Shown: positions 40,201 to 49,200 of the stretch, one piece after another | How positions within the stretch are numbered: the stretch's first letter is position 1 | How the letters are laid out: the number at the start of each line of letters is the position of its first letter | IMG/VR virus record: IMGVR_UViG_3300025608_000722 | Span: 15,933 to 79,932 of that record | Length of the DNA: 64,000 nt | DNA from: a virus | Taxonomy: Duplodnaviria > Caudoviricetes | Strand: one strand, 5' to 3' | The notes under the pieces: model-generated | Database searches by the model: none | What the model was told of the DNA's origin: nothing | What the model saw: only the letters and a program-made list of their open reading frames with translations | Position numbers and translations under genes: made by a program

Positions 40201-43200
40201 CAAACTCACCTGTATCGATTGCTGAAAGAGGTTGTGTTAATAAATCATCATAGTTTAATAATGATAGTTTTACATCGTTTGTATTTACATAACCTGCTGT
40301 TTTTGTATAACTGTTATCATCATTAAAATATTTTACTGGAAATGGCTTATGATCATAATTTTTAGATTTTACATAGATGTTATTTCTATTTAATCTATAT
40401 ACAAGACTTGTATCTTGCGGGTCAATCTCATTAACAAGTTCCACTGTTTGCGGTTCTTGTCTATACTTAGATTCGTCAAGAATAATGTCAAACTGGTCGT
40501 CACCAGATGTTGCTCCGTAACGCCCAAGTCTTACTGCCCATTCTTCAAAAAATTCTAAACTGTCTTTATTTGCACTACCTAATTTATCAAATAACTTAGT
40601 AAGTACATTTTTAGTTCCTTTATCCTGAATTGCTCCTTGGAAGAATTTAAACTGACTTACATCGTCATTAATAATATTTTCTAAATAACGGCGTTTCTGA
40701 TATCCAATTAAATGCTGTGCTAAACGCTGTTGCTCTGTATCAAAGTTATCTGAATCGAGATCATAGAAATCTGTAAACTGTTTTGCTTTATAATCCCAGT
40801 TAGGTAGCAAACGCTGTTCTGGTTTTTCATTTAACTTAACAAAACTTCTTTCGTTAAAAATTTCTGTTCCAACAACATTAACTTTTGCAACATAATAATA
40901 TTGTTTATGTTTTACTAATGCTCCAATAGAATAGTCTTGCCATGATGTCCAGTCTTCGATTTTAGCATCATCAAATATAAAGCCAGGAATATTATAAGAA
41001 CCATTCCAGTCATCTGAGCGATAACCTTTAACTTTGATTCGTTCTTGTCTGTATCCTTGGGCTCTATTATAGATAACATCATTAAAGACTGTTTTGTTGT
41101 CAATAATAACTGCATGTTCGTGTTGTACAACAGGAACTTTTAAATGGAATATTCCATCTTCAGTGTTTTTAACATAAATGCCAAATGTATTAGTATTGTC
41201 TCTTTCTGTAGTTGCAAAATCAGCAAGCAATCTTTTACCATCAGCTTTTAACAAACTATAATCATAAAAATTATTATAAATGTCGTCGACTACAGTGTAT
41301 GGTTCTTCGAACTTAACTTGTCTTGCACTCGGACTTAATGTAATAACAGTTCCGCTATCCCAATTCTGAGTAGTCCAGAACATAAATTCTTTTGCAGATA
41401 ATGTCCAGTTTTCAATTTCTTCTATATTTTGATTGAAAAGATCAAATTTAAATCCTTTACTATCTAAAAACTTTTCGTAACCAAGAATAATATCAACTAC
41501 ACCTTGAATATCAGTTACTAATGTTCCGTAAGGAACTTCAACAACAGTTCTAGTATCAAAATTCTTAGAGAAAAATGCTTGTGCGCCGCCTTCTTGCGGA
41601 AGTTCAGCTAATTTCTGAAAATTATCTAAATTAAATGAAGCTCCAGAAGTATGACCAACTTTTACTCGGTAGTATACATTATTGTTTTCTACAATTTGTC
41701 CAACTTCATAAAACTTACCACTATCCCAAGTTAGGAAAGATTCGCTTACTCCGCCAACACGCACTAATCTGTCGTTGTTTTTTCTTGTAACAGCATATGT
41801 TTTAAAGAGCGGTAAATCTCTATCGTATCCTCTAATTACAAAACCTTGAGGTACAATTTCTATAATCATTCCACTGTATGAATATACATCAAGTGGTATA
41901 CTCTTTGTTAGCTGAATTTTATAGTTTTCGTCTGGTACAAAAACATTTCCTTCATTAGTAGGAGTTCTAGCATCAAGAATTAATCTAAATTTAGACTTCT
42001 GTGTAAAGCCTCCAATTTTAGATGCTAACTTGTTTTGTAAGGAAGTTAATTCCTGTTGATATACTCCAAATTTTAGTGTTTCATTTTGGGCCAAATAGCC
42101 TTGGATATGATTTATTATACCTGCTGTAAACACTCTTGAATTATCAGATGCACTGTTTGGAAATTTTAGTTTATCTAATTTAATTCTTTTACTAGTTTCG
42201 GTATAAACTAATTCACCAGCGGCATTACGTTTAATTCTACTTACATCAAATGCAATACCAAAAAACTGTGCTGGATTATTAATTGCCCATGATGCCATTA
42301 GCGCAAAAGGATAATGTGAACTGCGGCGCCATGCTGTTTCAACTGGACCTTCGTCTCCAAATATATATCCATCACTATAACTTGAATCAAGTCCAGACAA
42401 TGCTATTCCAGATAAGTTTGGCGGTAGCAAGTTTCCTTGGTCGTCAGTTGGAATATAATTAGCAATTTCTAGATTTTTAAATTTATTTCTATAAACAATT
42501 TTTGTATTTGGAGCTCTAACAACACCGTTGGCCATATCTTTCCACAATAGTAAATTATTTCTTGTGTATGGCGCTGTTCCGTATTCATTATCGAACCAAG
42601 AAGGTTTTTCAGTTAGTCCTAAAATTTCCCAAGGATGGCTATGTGGTCTGTCTGTATTGTAGAAATCTTTATAAATTGCTCTCCAGAAGCCTGGAAGAGA
42701 TTGATCATCAATGTCAGCCCATTTACTATAGCTAAATGTAAATCCGTTAGTTCTATCAAATCGAGTATTTGCAGAATAATCAGGAGTTCCAACTGTTTCT
42801 AACCACCTATTAAATTCAGAAATTAATGTTCTAGCAGTACCGTAACGAGTAAATCCTGTTTTGCGAGATTTTGTTTCAATAAAATCAGCAATATCAAATA
42901 CGTCTTCGTTGTATTGCTGTTTTAAGTTAGCATAGATTCTTCTTTCAAAATCTAATAGTAATCTGTCTCTGTAGTCGCCAAAGCACTTCCACAACGAACC
43001 ATCGTGACCTTGTAACATTGGCTGTGCGCCTGGCCATGCTTCAAATGTATTAACATCGTTTGTAGCATGATTTGCAGAACTTGCAGGCATAAAGAATAAT
43101 TGATTACATCCTGCAAACAAATGATCGTGAGCAACACCTGCTCCACCATTTGCAGTATCGTATGCAATTGCATCTGCTTCTGATGTAAACACTGGATAGA

Positions 43201-46200
43201 ACCAACCAACTTTGCCTTTAAAATTTTGCGTAGTAGTTTCGTCTCGTCCATATACCTTATAGGGCCCAGTAACTTCAGTTACAACATTGATATATGTATC
43301 GTCTAAAAATATTTCAGGTGTATACTTAGGATATAATCCTAACTTAGTAGGTGTTGGAGGTACCCAACAACCATCTGTTGATTCAAATTCATATACGTCT
43401 AAAATATCATTATTAGCAACAGTTATATTAAGTGTTAAGAAGCCGTCAGTAGTTACAGTATAATCTCTATCTTTAACTAATAAACTTCCATTAAAGTATG
43501 GAAGAACTGCATACTGATTTAATTTTGTAAAATCAATGCCGCGCTTCAATGAAAACACAGTCTGTGACTGATCTTCAATCACATGTCGAGTTACTGTGTC
43601 ACTACTAAACGGAACCATATCACTAAAGTAAAACGGATCTTTATTAGTTTTTACTTCAGTGATAGATTGTAAAATTTTATCAACGTGTATTTTAGTTTCG
43701 CCTTCGAATCCTAATTCATTTGCTACACGCAAAAACTCTCTTTTAAATTTGATGTACTCTAGTCCAGAATAGCGAATAGCTCTAATTGCATCAAAATCTT
43801 TGTTTGTAGTATTATACAATGCAAGGTTAATTGGTCCACTATGTTGTACAAACTTTAGTCCTAATGGAGTAATATCGCCTAGATCTTTTAAATTACTTGT
43901 TCCTGGAAATATTCCATTAAAATCTTTTGCATTGTCAACAATACTGCCTACATGATCTAAGACTTCGCCTAATGTAAAAGTTTCAACATTTTCGTTTAGT
44001 GGATTCTTTTCAAAGTTAGTTGGAAACTCGTAGTATCCTCTAGAATTCTTTGTAGTCTTTGTATAAGTTTTTATAACCAACTTATCGCCAACGGTAAGAT
44101 CAGTATTAAAATTAATGTAGCAATACCCGTTAAATCTATCAACTATGTAATCAGTATTTTCTTTTTTGCGAACATTATTAACGTAGACTCTAATTTCTAA
44201 ATCAGGAATAGTTGCACTATTATCATAAACATCAATAATAAAGTTATTTGTTCTAGTGTCGACTGTTGGTTGCTGAACAACCGGTTGTACTGATTTAGTA
44301 GCCGCTTTAGTCCATGCTGACACGCTGTTATATGTAGTTCTATTAGAATATTTTCTTAACAGTCCTGTGTCAGTGCTTACGTTTAATACATCAGTTAAAA
44401 CATCATACCGGTATGTATCTGATAACAAATTAAAGTCAAATACAATGTCACCACTATTTTCAATTGTTCTATATGATAGTGGAAAACCTAATTCAGTATC
44501 AGCAGTTCCTGTTCCTACTTTATAACTAAAAATTTTGTTACCAACAAAAGAACTTCCATCTAATGTTGAAAGTGCTATACCTTGGTCGTTATAAAGATCA
44601 AATAATGGTTGCTGATTTACAGAAATTTTATCTTGTGCTTGCTTCCATACTAAACCAGTATAGTAAAAAACTTTACCTTTAAACTTCACACCTGCTTTAA
44701 CTAATACTGTTTCATTTTCCAACGGAGTAGTATCAGTAGTTTCAACTAGTGTAATTTGTCTACTACCGTTATGAGAGATAAATTTAACTTCATAAATTTT
44801 ACCATTAACTAACGAATCAGGATCTGCTGTAAACAACACCCTCATACCGTTTACAAGTTCAATGCCGTCAACAAAATAACCTACTTGACCTTCAATATCT
44901 GAAAATACATCCTTTGTTACAGTATCAACTAAGTCAACAGAACCTTTTGCTTCGGTTCCATAATTGAACAGTTTTAAACCCGCTTCAAATTCAATGATAG
45001 GTCTTGTAGCTCTATAATTTTGATCAAGTTCAACTGGAACATTATTAATTAATGCAGTAGTTTCAATAACACTTTTATGCGTCCACTTATTGTAACGAGA
45101 CCATTGGTTTCTATCTTTGGCTGCTCTGTTGATAACAATATAATCTTTAAGAGTAGCATATGATGTTGCTTCGTCAAACGGTAAATCAGCAAAGCCTTGC
45201 ATATCGTATTCTACACCTTGGTCTAACAAGTAATCTGCTGTAATAACCAAATCAGATTCTGAAATTAGTTTAATACTACTACCAACACCTTCAACATACC
45301 ATGTTCCGGTTGCATAAATTTCAGGAGTTACTTTTCCGTAAAAGTTAACTCGCATACCATTGGATAATTCATATCCGTTTTGCATAGTATACGTTTTTTT
45401 ACCTAAAATTTCTGTGCCAACATTAATTTCTGTAGCATCTATAATATCCTTAATGATAATTAATCCTGATGCTTCGATGTCATTGTCATTTGTATAATAC
45501 AAATAATCAGGTGATTCTAAATCTACAACAAATGTAAATTGACCTTGTTCTACACTCTGTTGACTTACTCCAACGTTATATAAATTAGTATTGTCTTTAA
45601 CAGATCTACTTGTTCTAATTGACAACGGCATGTCAAGTGTATTAATATCAAATGTATAAGTTTGACCTCTATACAATGTTAGTGTAGGATTACTAGTCGG
45701 TACATCCGGATTAAACGTATATGCAAAGTTATCAGTATTATCTTGTTTACCTACTGAGAACGTACTAACAATATCAGTTGAACTTCCGTACACTGGAATG
45801 GAATCAGGTCCTGATGGTAGCCAGTAGTATTCTCTAAAGTTTACAAACTTGTCCCAATCAATATGTGGATTCCAAGCATAATATTCTTGACTGTTTAGTA
45901 AACTATGATTACTTGCTTCGCCATTTCTAATTTTACTAGCATTTACATAGTCTCTGTAATCTCTATAAAACGTAGTATTTCCGATTGCATCTTCAACAAG
46001 TGCAACTGGCTCTAGCTGATAGTTACGTCTGTCTCCAGCTAATTCTGCAAGATAGTTGTCTCCTGCTTTATAGGCTTTTGCATTTTTTCTTCCAATAAAG
46101 CCGTCAGTTTTTTGTACAACACCAGGTTGCATTAACTGATCTAATGTACTACTTAAAAACTTTTTATTTGCTGTTGTTCTAAAATAGCGAGGCAACATAT

Positions 46201-46258
46201 CAGCAGTATGTCTTTTAGAGTTCTCATCGATTGGAATACCATTTTCATCTTGCGCCAT
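31295..46258 (-). CDS. Giant 4987-aa baseplate wedge/structural protein
   Basis: 14,964-bp uninterrupted ORF next to the gp6-like gene. Contains FG-GAP-like propeller repeats, CBM5/12-like repeats, GxGY...GGGGTGATA repeats and DGxTxxF repeats. Confidence 0.75.
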   Translation of the reverse strand: MAQDENGIPIDENSKRHTADMLPRYFRTTANKKFLSSTLDQLMQPGVVQKTDGFIGRKNAKAYKAGDNYLAELAGDRRNYQLEPVALVEDAIGNTTFYRDYRDYVNASKIRNGEASNHSLLNSQEYYAWNPHIDWDKFVNFREYYWLPSGPDSIPVYGSSTDIVSTFSVGKQDNTDNFAYTFNPDVPTSNPTLTLYRGQTYTFDINTLDMPLSIRTSRSVKDNTNLYNVGVSQQSVEQGQFTFVVDLESPDYLYYTNDNDIEASGLIIIKDIIDATEINVGTEILGKKTYTMQNGYELSNGMRVNFYGKVTPEIYATGTWYVEGVGSSIKLISESDLVITADYLLDQGVEYDMQGFADLPFDEATSYATLKDYIVINRAAKDRNQWSRYNKWTHKSVIETTALINNVPVELDQNYRATRPIIEFEAGLKLFNYGTEAKGSVDLVDTVTKDVFSDIEGQVGYFVDGIELVNGMRVLFTADPDSLVNGKIYEVKFISHNGSRQITLVETTDTTPLENETVLVKAGVKFKGKVFYYTGLVWKQAQDKISVNQQPLFDLYNDQGIALSTLDGSSFVGNKIFSYKVGTGTADTELGFPLSYRTIENSGDIVFDFNLLSDTYRYDVLTDVLNVSTDTGLLRKYSNRTTYNSVSAWTKAATKSVQPVVQQPTVDTRTNNFIIDVYDNSATIPDLEIRVYVNNVRKKENTDYIVDRFNGYCYINFNTDLTVGDKLVIKTYTKTTKNSRGYYEFPTNFEKNPLNENVETFTLGEVLDHVGSIVDNAKDFNGIFPGTSNLKDLGDITPLGLKFVQHSGPINLALYNTTNKDFDAIRAIRYSGLEYIKFKREFLRVANELGFEGETKIHVDKILQSITEVKTNKDPFYFSDMVPFSSDTVTRHVIEDQSQTVFSLKRGIDFTKLNQYAVLPYFNGSLLVKDRDYTVTTDGFLTLNITVANNDILDVYEFESTDGCWVPPTPTKLGLYPKYTPEIFLDDTYINVVTEVTGPYKVYGRDETTTQNFKGKVGWFYPVFTSEADAIAYDTANGGAGVAHDHLFAGCNQLFFMPASSANHATNDVNTFEAWPGAQPMLQGHDGSLWKCFGDYRDRLLLDFERRIYANLKQQYNEDVFDIADFIETKSRKTGFTRYGTARTLISEFNRWLETVGTPDYSANTRFDRTNGFTFSYSKWADIDDQSLPGFWRAIYKDFYNTDRPHSHPWEILGLTEKPSWFDNEYGTAPYTRNNLLLWKDMANGVVRAPNTKIVYRNKFKNLEIANYIPTDDQGNLLPPNLSGIALSGLDSSYSDGYIFGDEGPVETAWRRSSHYPFALMASWAINNPAQFFGIAFDVSRIKRNAAGELVYTETSKRIKLDKLKFPNSASDNSRVFTAGIINHIQGYLAQNETLKFGVYQQELTSLQNKLASKIGGFTQKSKFRLILDARTPTNEGNVFVPDENYKIQLTKSIPLDVYSYSGMIIEIVPQGFVIRGYDRDLPLFKTYAVTRKNNDRLVRVGGVSESFLTWDSGKFYEVGQIVENNNVYYRVKVGHTSGASFNLDNFQKLAELPQEGGAQAFFSKNFDTRTVVEVPYGTLVTDIQGVVDIILGYEKFLDSKGFKFDLFNQNIEEIENWTLSAKEFMFWTTQNWDSGTVITLSPSARQVKFEEPYTVVDDIYNNFYDYSLLKADGKRLLADFATTERDNTNTFGIYVKNTEDGIFHLKVPVVQHEHAVIIDNKTVFNDVIYNRAQGYRQERIKVKGYRSDDWNGSYNIPGFIFDDAKIEDWTSWQDYSIGALVKHKQYYYVAKVNVVGTEIFNERSFVKLNEKPEQRLLPNWDYKAKQFTDFYDLDSDNFDTEQQRLAQHLIGYQKRRYLENIINDDVSQFKFFQGAIQDKGTKNVLTKLFDKLGSANKDSLEFFEEWAVRLGRYGATSGDDQFDIILDESKYRQEPQTVELVNEIDPQDTSLVYRLNRNNIYVKSKNYDHKPFPVKYFNDDNSYTKTAGYVNTNDVKLSLLNYDDLLTQPLSAIDTGEFVWTANDKSQQTWGVYKHDTTNFVIKSVTATSSGQFTITLNRKTKFAVGDIIGIVDTDATTDGFYKIAEINLNKIVLSTEGESTELDDIKGYVTFFKPVRLSRLSDANAIIDAPATFSLTGETSITDTIWVDDDDTGQWIVLKNKQVYELKPDIKNVTAGLLDSTDKDFGSDISVSTNNNTIAISAPKDLNGSVYVFARPSDNTDFGLRQQIDEFTGLFDSGGGFGSSVSISPDGQYIAVGSPNASNVKSKFRGDYKNTVAYNINDIVLYRSQLWKSRKVQDADTIQQFLSHASNQQSKIDEYDSNDQSYPDVEYMVRGNYTIEDAPADHILIRAQTEQFEGTKPGDVLELKWNRYTTATAAGIAPFNGDAVLNEAFINGSHEIVHKVEAVVHIQSALSIPSAGSDITTDTAKATIVYRYVNDENQMTIYLNNLNGSFLDTGSIYQNGVLVGDYERQLKITDNYHSGWWHINVGSEFSTTELVETNANLVVTDIKLENELRANSIFTNILDVKQLANITTPTFPSEIGVLSHQQGQTGTNLIDSRWWFRTSASHYTNTSVNDEVRFWLNQIRVNGAVQDPEPVLGLSFNYLNNSTHTVVDKWNGWLEVRLTNFDLSGNPFIPVVGTELIDSATGETAEVAWIERAFGVAKIYLKNKSGQWAFGSDYGQNSSAQFIENDSTLRTIGPINACHLENSINGGLIVIDTGANIPVPANQTYLRDLEYWQYSSNTIDGILETAESPSSLNLDWTRVYNIPVTTSGYSSGNDSEGTFAIYKKTGSIYELVSYYTVPNSDHFRRLGATCKIVQKSPTSYRLFVLAKGDNTETNQGRIYFFDKNDNEDWNLGIEPLYRGMHSVNATYFDGEYVRFGDSIYEAKTNITPGAFSLSQWTEINSGVDLLGYVPNDTNYSITESTLEQQFLEEIGEEFDTSSVGEVLVLTARYTNPDDSSIPNRKVVVYKLVNDQYVYSQLLEPFNLTENFGNSIAVSNDGKKIAVGAPLNSDISLNGGAVYIYILKDGTYTFSQTLRPKDLTANTQFGFKLDFDGNTLAITSKGGDIVKYTTFDIQVTTFDGDATKFNTVDNDSGLVSIYETINDTLLYGQDFSYDRDTENFGNIVKVSNNHIYLGLPDQTVTTNNTVDKGVVAEFRKPANSTSWTIVSSPVLPADLSKFKGVYLYNKIDNSLVAYLDYIDPIQGKIAGVAEQEISFKTSYDPARYSISTNTDVTAQALDYTSTKWVGKLWWDIDSARFINHHQGDITEATANFNKLYTGTTVDVYEWVETTLRPSEWDRQAETEAGLAKGISGTSKYGDAVYSVRRKYNSSSQTFTTYYYYWVKDKATIPAIETRKLSARSVSRIIANPENSNIKFVAILGNNRFAIYNCESLIEDKDVAISFNWWTIDNQEQNTHIQYQLISDGLETSRPNSVIEQKWIDSLVGFDINDRPVPDINLPVKQKYGSLNEPRQSWFINKTEARKQFVERANKVLAENLIVDEFDLSKLTDSDPLPTIATGIYDTTSDSYAELRFVSIAKVRPASLQLEIENGTIINVLINDAGQGYINPPTYNITDTLGTEGELEFTLNANGGISDVRIINAGKNYTNNVKISVRNFAVLVKSDETINGKWSVYQYISGDWQRVLTQSYDVNLYWTYKDWYASGYNQFTLINYTLDGSYQIYGLEDNIGDVIKISNVGSGGWLLLEKVDNQDSVDYSVNYKTIGRERGTIELLDSLYDVTSDNVAYDGASFDKIFYDTEPVAEFRKIITILRDSIFIDQLQIHWNEMFFAGLRYVFSEQPNVDWAFKTSFVKAKHNVGELEQKVTFQNDNLSSYESYVEEMKPYKTKIREYISSYEKIDPANNVVTDFDLAPVYNEAEGRIIPQSVQVVNNEIIAGVSNTAVYPSKHWLDNVGFEVTQINIAESGSGYTGAPKLLITGGGGTGATAQAFVGDGKITSVLVTNPGSGYLSQPTIEVIGSLEDDGTAARLSPVLGNGKARSAHIRCKFDRVTKTYLFQTLNETETFATTLDQLTIDLKWPMELKTTQITVTIDGLESLRSEYSFSNVKDTTKGYTRYFGRITFTNALAANREVVVKYNKAPDLLQAQDRINLYYNPNTGMYGNDLGQLLQGVDYGGVEVTSFDFGGGSGWDSDGWFTSTYDTFDTTFEDEIFQFGDDSTRILTFASPLETGIVYNVYKNGVRIDDPNYPSNPTNPNALIASITGAGQTGIAITDDGDVVEDTIIVFDEDIIPLSSGDILVFRKTTSDGSFLPDPRSYDTILSGGDLQFNTARGFNPEEIIVDGDSFVTPTTSKGTEEQVPGQILDAVDIRVFHRPEAGGSVLSSNSYRADGINSMFDFGIQPQNSQGLIVKLDSVIQSSTNYTVNYKNKTVTFSSVPTIGTLVNIVSISGNGQDLLEEGQYVADGSTTAFTTKAKYTKDLDFYVTVDGKEVEAVLIDDNEKAQILFGSAPKDQSLVSYFVYSTTDSFSKIAVEEFTGDGSTKLFDLTKTPYSAIPNSHNVIVKQGNRLLNPGFNQQFNVRTAQREYFLEIWQTPVGSFDASDVLFVLNGRELTIAVEYNIRPSNSSVILEPGIGNDGDILEAYIVTDGDYAFGSIQQINNQNTWVDSGNTLQLKVAPEIGEKLTVYTFNKHDSMGFERINYDIVARETLVVGTEDYIQFNHVKNGLIKLRYPAVEVQYVWLTVNGVLQTPSVDYTLTTDKQYIRYKQSFVDNDVVEVIQFSATGQITPKFGFSQFKDILNRNIYKRLGDVQSYKLAEPLLTFDKQIVLDNADGLSAPDKNSKIPGIIFVNGERIEYLIKDGNTLKQIQRGTLGTGVPTEHLIGSDVYNASQLQTAPYADKTIIDEIVADGTTNTFELGFTPTNVNEFEVFVGGRRLRKNSIQSFDHTRDQDSPEADVTLTAEYSVDGTTPFVSMLNTPAEGIKIQIVRRQGTLWTETPGITLFDSETLVARFFKAEKVELPK

Positions 46259-49200
46259 TAGTAACTACTGCCTCCACTACTATTACTACTATTACTACTA
46301 TTACTGCTCGAACTGCTCGAGTTATTTGCTGTTGTGCTTGTTAACGGTTGACTTTGTATTCCAACATTGTTTGTACCGGTACTAGAAACAACTGCGCCAC
46401 TTGCTTGAATTTTAGATGCTGTAACTGAATCGATTATTTCTACATCAGCTACGGTTGCATCGCTTACAAATAGTTCATCATTTTCACACTTAATTTCGTA
46501 TAAACTACCAAATGCTTGTGTTCCTTGTTTAGGAACAATTAGCATGTTCGAAATATCTGGTGCGTTTTGATTCATTACATATGTTACTAATTCGGAAAAA
46601 TGGAATGTCTCTCCAAAATCCCAATTAGACAATGCAAAAAATTTATTAATTGATGAAATAATTCTCGATTTTAAATCATTATCATTTACTACTTCACCTG
46701 TATTTTTTACAATTTTAAATGTTGCTTGCAAAGATGGTTGAGCATGAACACCAAACAACGGCTTATACCTAACTGGATGATAAATTACTTCGTCACTGAT
46801 TGATTTATATTGATTAATCAATACTCCATAATTTTGATATAATTCGTCCGAGCTTGGTGGTAACGGCTGTGTTTCAATTGTTCCTGCAAGATATTGTCTA
46901 TAAAGATTATCGTATGATCTTGTTAACATATGTACATCAATAATATTTGAAACACTAGGGTCAATTCTATTACCTTCATCTGCACTGTGTACATACTGGA
47001 ATCTCAAATTATCTCTACCTACATACGCTTGATAGTCTGAAGTTAGTGTTAATAAATTGTTTGTTAAAACTTTAAAGTTTTTATTGTTTACAATATAAAA
47101 AACTTGTCCTTCGGGATAATCTACATAAGATCCTATTTCAGTTTCAGTGTTAACTACAATAATACTGCTACCTTCTGCATAGTAATTGTATTTGTAAAAT
47201 CCTTGATCTGTTTCAACACGCTTTAAGAAAATATATTTTGTAAGAGGTAATGTTAAAGGTGCAACAATATTATCAAAAATATCCGGATCATCTACACTTC
47301 CGTCATCATTAACATCAAAGAAACTTACTTCAACTTTTTTGCTGTTAACATATCCGTCTTGGTTTCTATACTCGTTTACAATTTCCCAAGGAATGTCATT
47401 ATTAAATGCTATTAGCTGATCAGGTTTTGTATTATAATTAAGAATTGAAACTTTGTCTTTAACTAATTGACCTGTTGCAGAATCATAAATCTTATTTTGT
47501 CCGTCAAAGTAAAAAGATAATTCTTTATCACTTTCAAAAATGTATTTTAATCCTCTATTAGTAACTGTATACTTTTCTCCATTTGTTTGGAAAAGGATGA
47601 TCCAACTAGCATCAAGTTGGTTGTTGGTAACATCACCTGTCTTACCATTACTAAACGCAGATGCAACATTTAAGTTTTCATTAATAATAACACGCCAAAT
47701 TCTATTAACTTGATCGTATCTTAAACCAAATGTTTTATAAGAAAACACTTGATCAATAATTTGCGATCTAACATCGCTTGTAATATCTTTTACTAGTTTT
47801 GGTTTTACTTCTTCAAGAATACTGTTAGCCGGAAGTGTTTCGTTGAATACAATTGGACCAACTCCGGTAACACTATCAACAGTTGTGCCTGCGCCATTAA
47901 CGCTGATAACTTTAACCCATTTATATGTGCTTGCACCTTTTGCACTAGCATCGCTAGTTAATCCTGTACCTAAAAAGTAAAAACCCGCTGGTGGTTTAAA
48001 TTTAAGCAATGCACCTGCTTCTAAGAACTTTAATGAACCGCCAGTAAATGTACCTGTTTGATATGGAATATCAGAACTATTAACAAGATATCCTGTACTA
48101 ATATTCGTGCCTTTAGTTGATTGCACCCATCTAGCATTCAAGTCACTGACAATAATTTTTGCATAATTTGAAAAGTAAAAATTACTAACTGATCTACTTT
48201 TAATAATAGGTAAAATTAAATTTTCAATAGTTCCTTCGATATCTGTTTGATTACTAAATGTAAAAGATTGTTTATCTTCAAATTCTTGTCTATATATAAT
48301 ACCATCTGATGCAAATAAGTTTGTACTAGAATACTTTCCAGTTACATCTTTTAAATCAAAATAGCGACTTATTCCACTACTAATTCTGTTAGTTGATTTA
48401 ACTTTAACAATTTCTTGGTTAACAGTTAACGGAATAATATTATAGTCTTCACCTGTAACCATTCTATTTTGTGTATAATAAGTCTGAGGTGCGTTTTGTC
48501 TAATTGAAGGTGTACTTTCGCTAGTAGTAGCGTTAGTAACGTTTTCTTTAAGTTCAAGCCCAAGGGTTAATGTTTCAATAGTACCTGCTTTTGAAATATA
48601 ATCTAAACTAATGTTAATACTTGTAAGCTCTTCAGGCTTAATTTTCATTGCTCTATTTGCACTAGTTCTATAAAATATTCTAAAGTTGCCTCCTGGAAGG
48701 TTTCCAAAAGTACCGTCAGCAAATATTAAACTAATTTCATCATTAGCACGAGTCTGTACAACATAAAAATTTCTAGTACCTTTAGCAACACTATTATAGA
48801 TTGCATTGTTACCTTCAATTGAACTAACTTTTGTCCAAAGTGATGTTGGAACTCCGCTTGAATTAACTTGATATAACCAAACGTCAGTGTTATTAATATT
48901 TTCAGCTTCGATTGCTATTTTTTGATTAGCACTTGGATTATCAACTGTAAACTGTGACGAGCTTAATGCGCCTTGTCTAAAATGTAAAAAGTATCCTGTA
49001 TTTGAACTTGCTGTTCCACGACCGTCTTCTCTGTAAAGAAATGCTAAACTGTTCCCTGCAACAGGAGGTTCTTCGATCAATTTACTATTGATCAAATCAA
49101 TATCAGTTGAAACAACTTCAAATTGGGTTGATAAGCCGTTAACAGCCTTGCTAAATCCGAACACAGGTACGTCAACATTATTAGACTTAAATCTATACTG

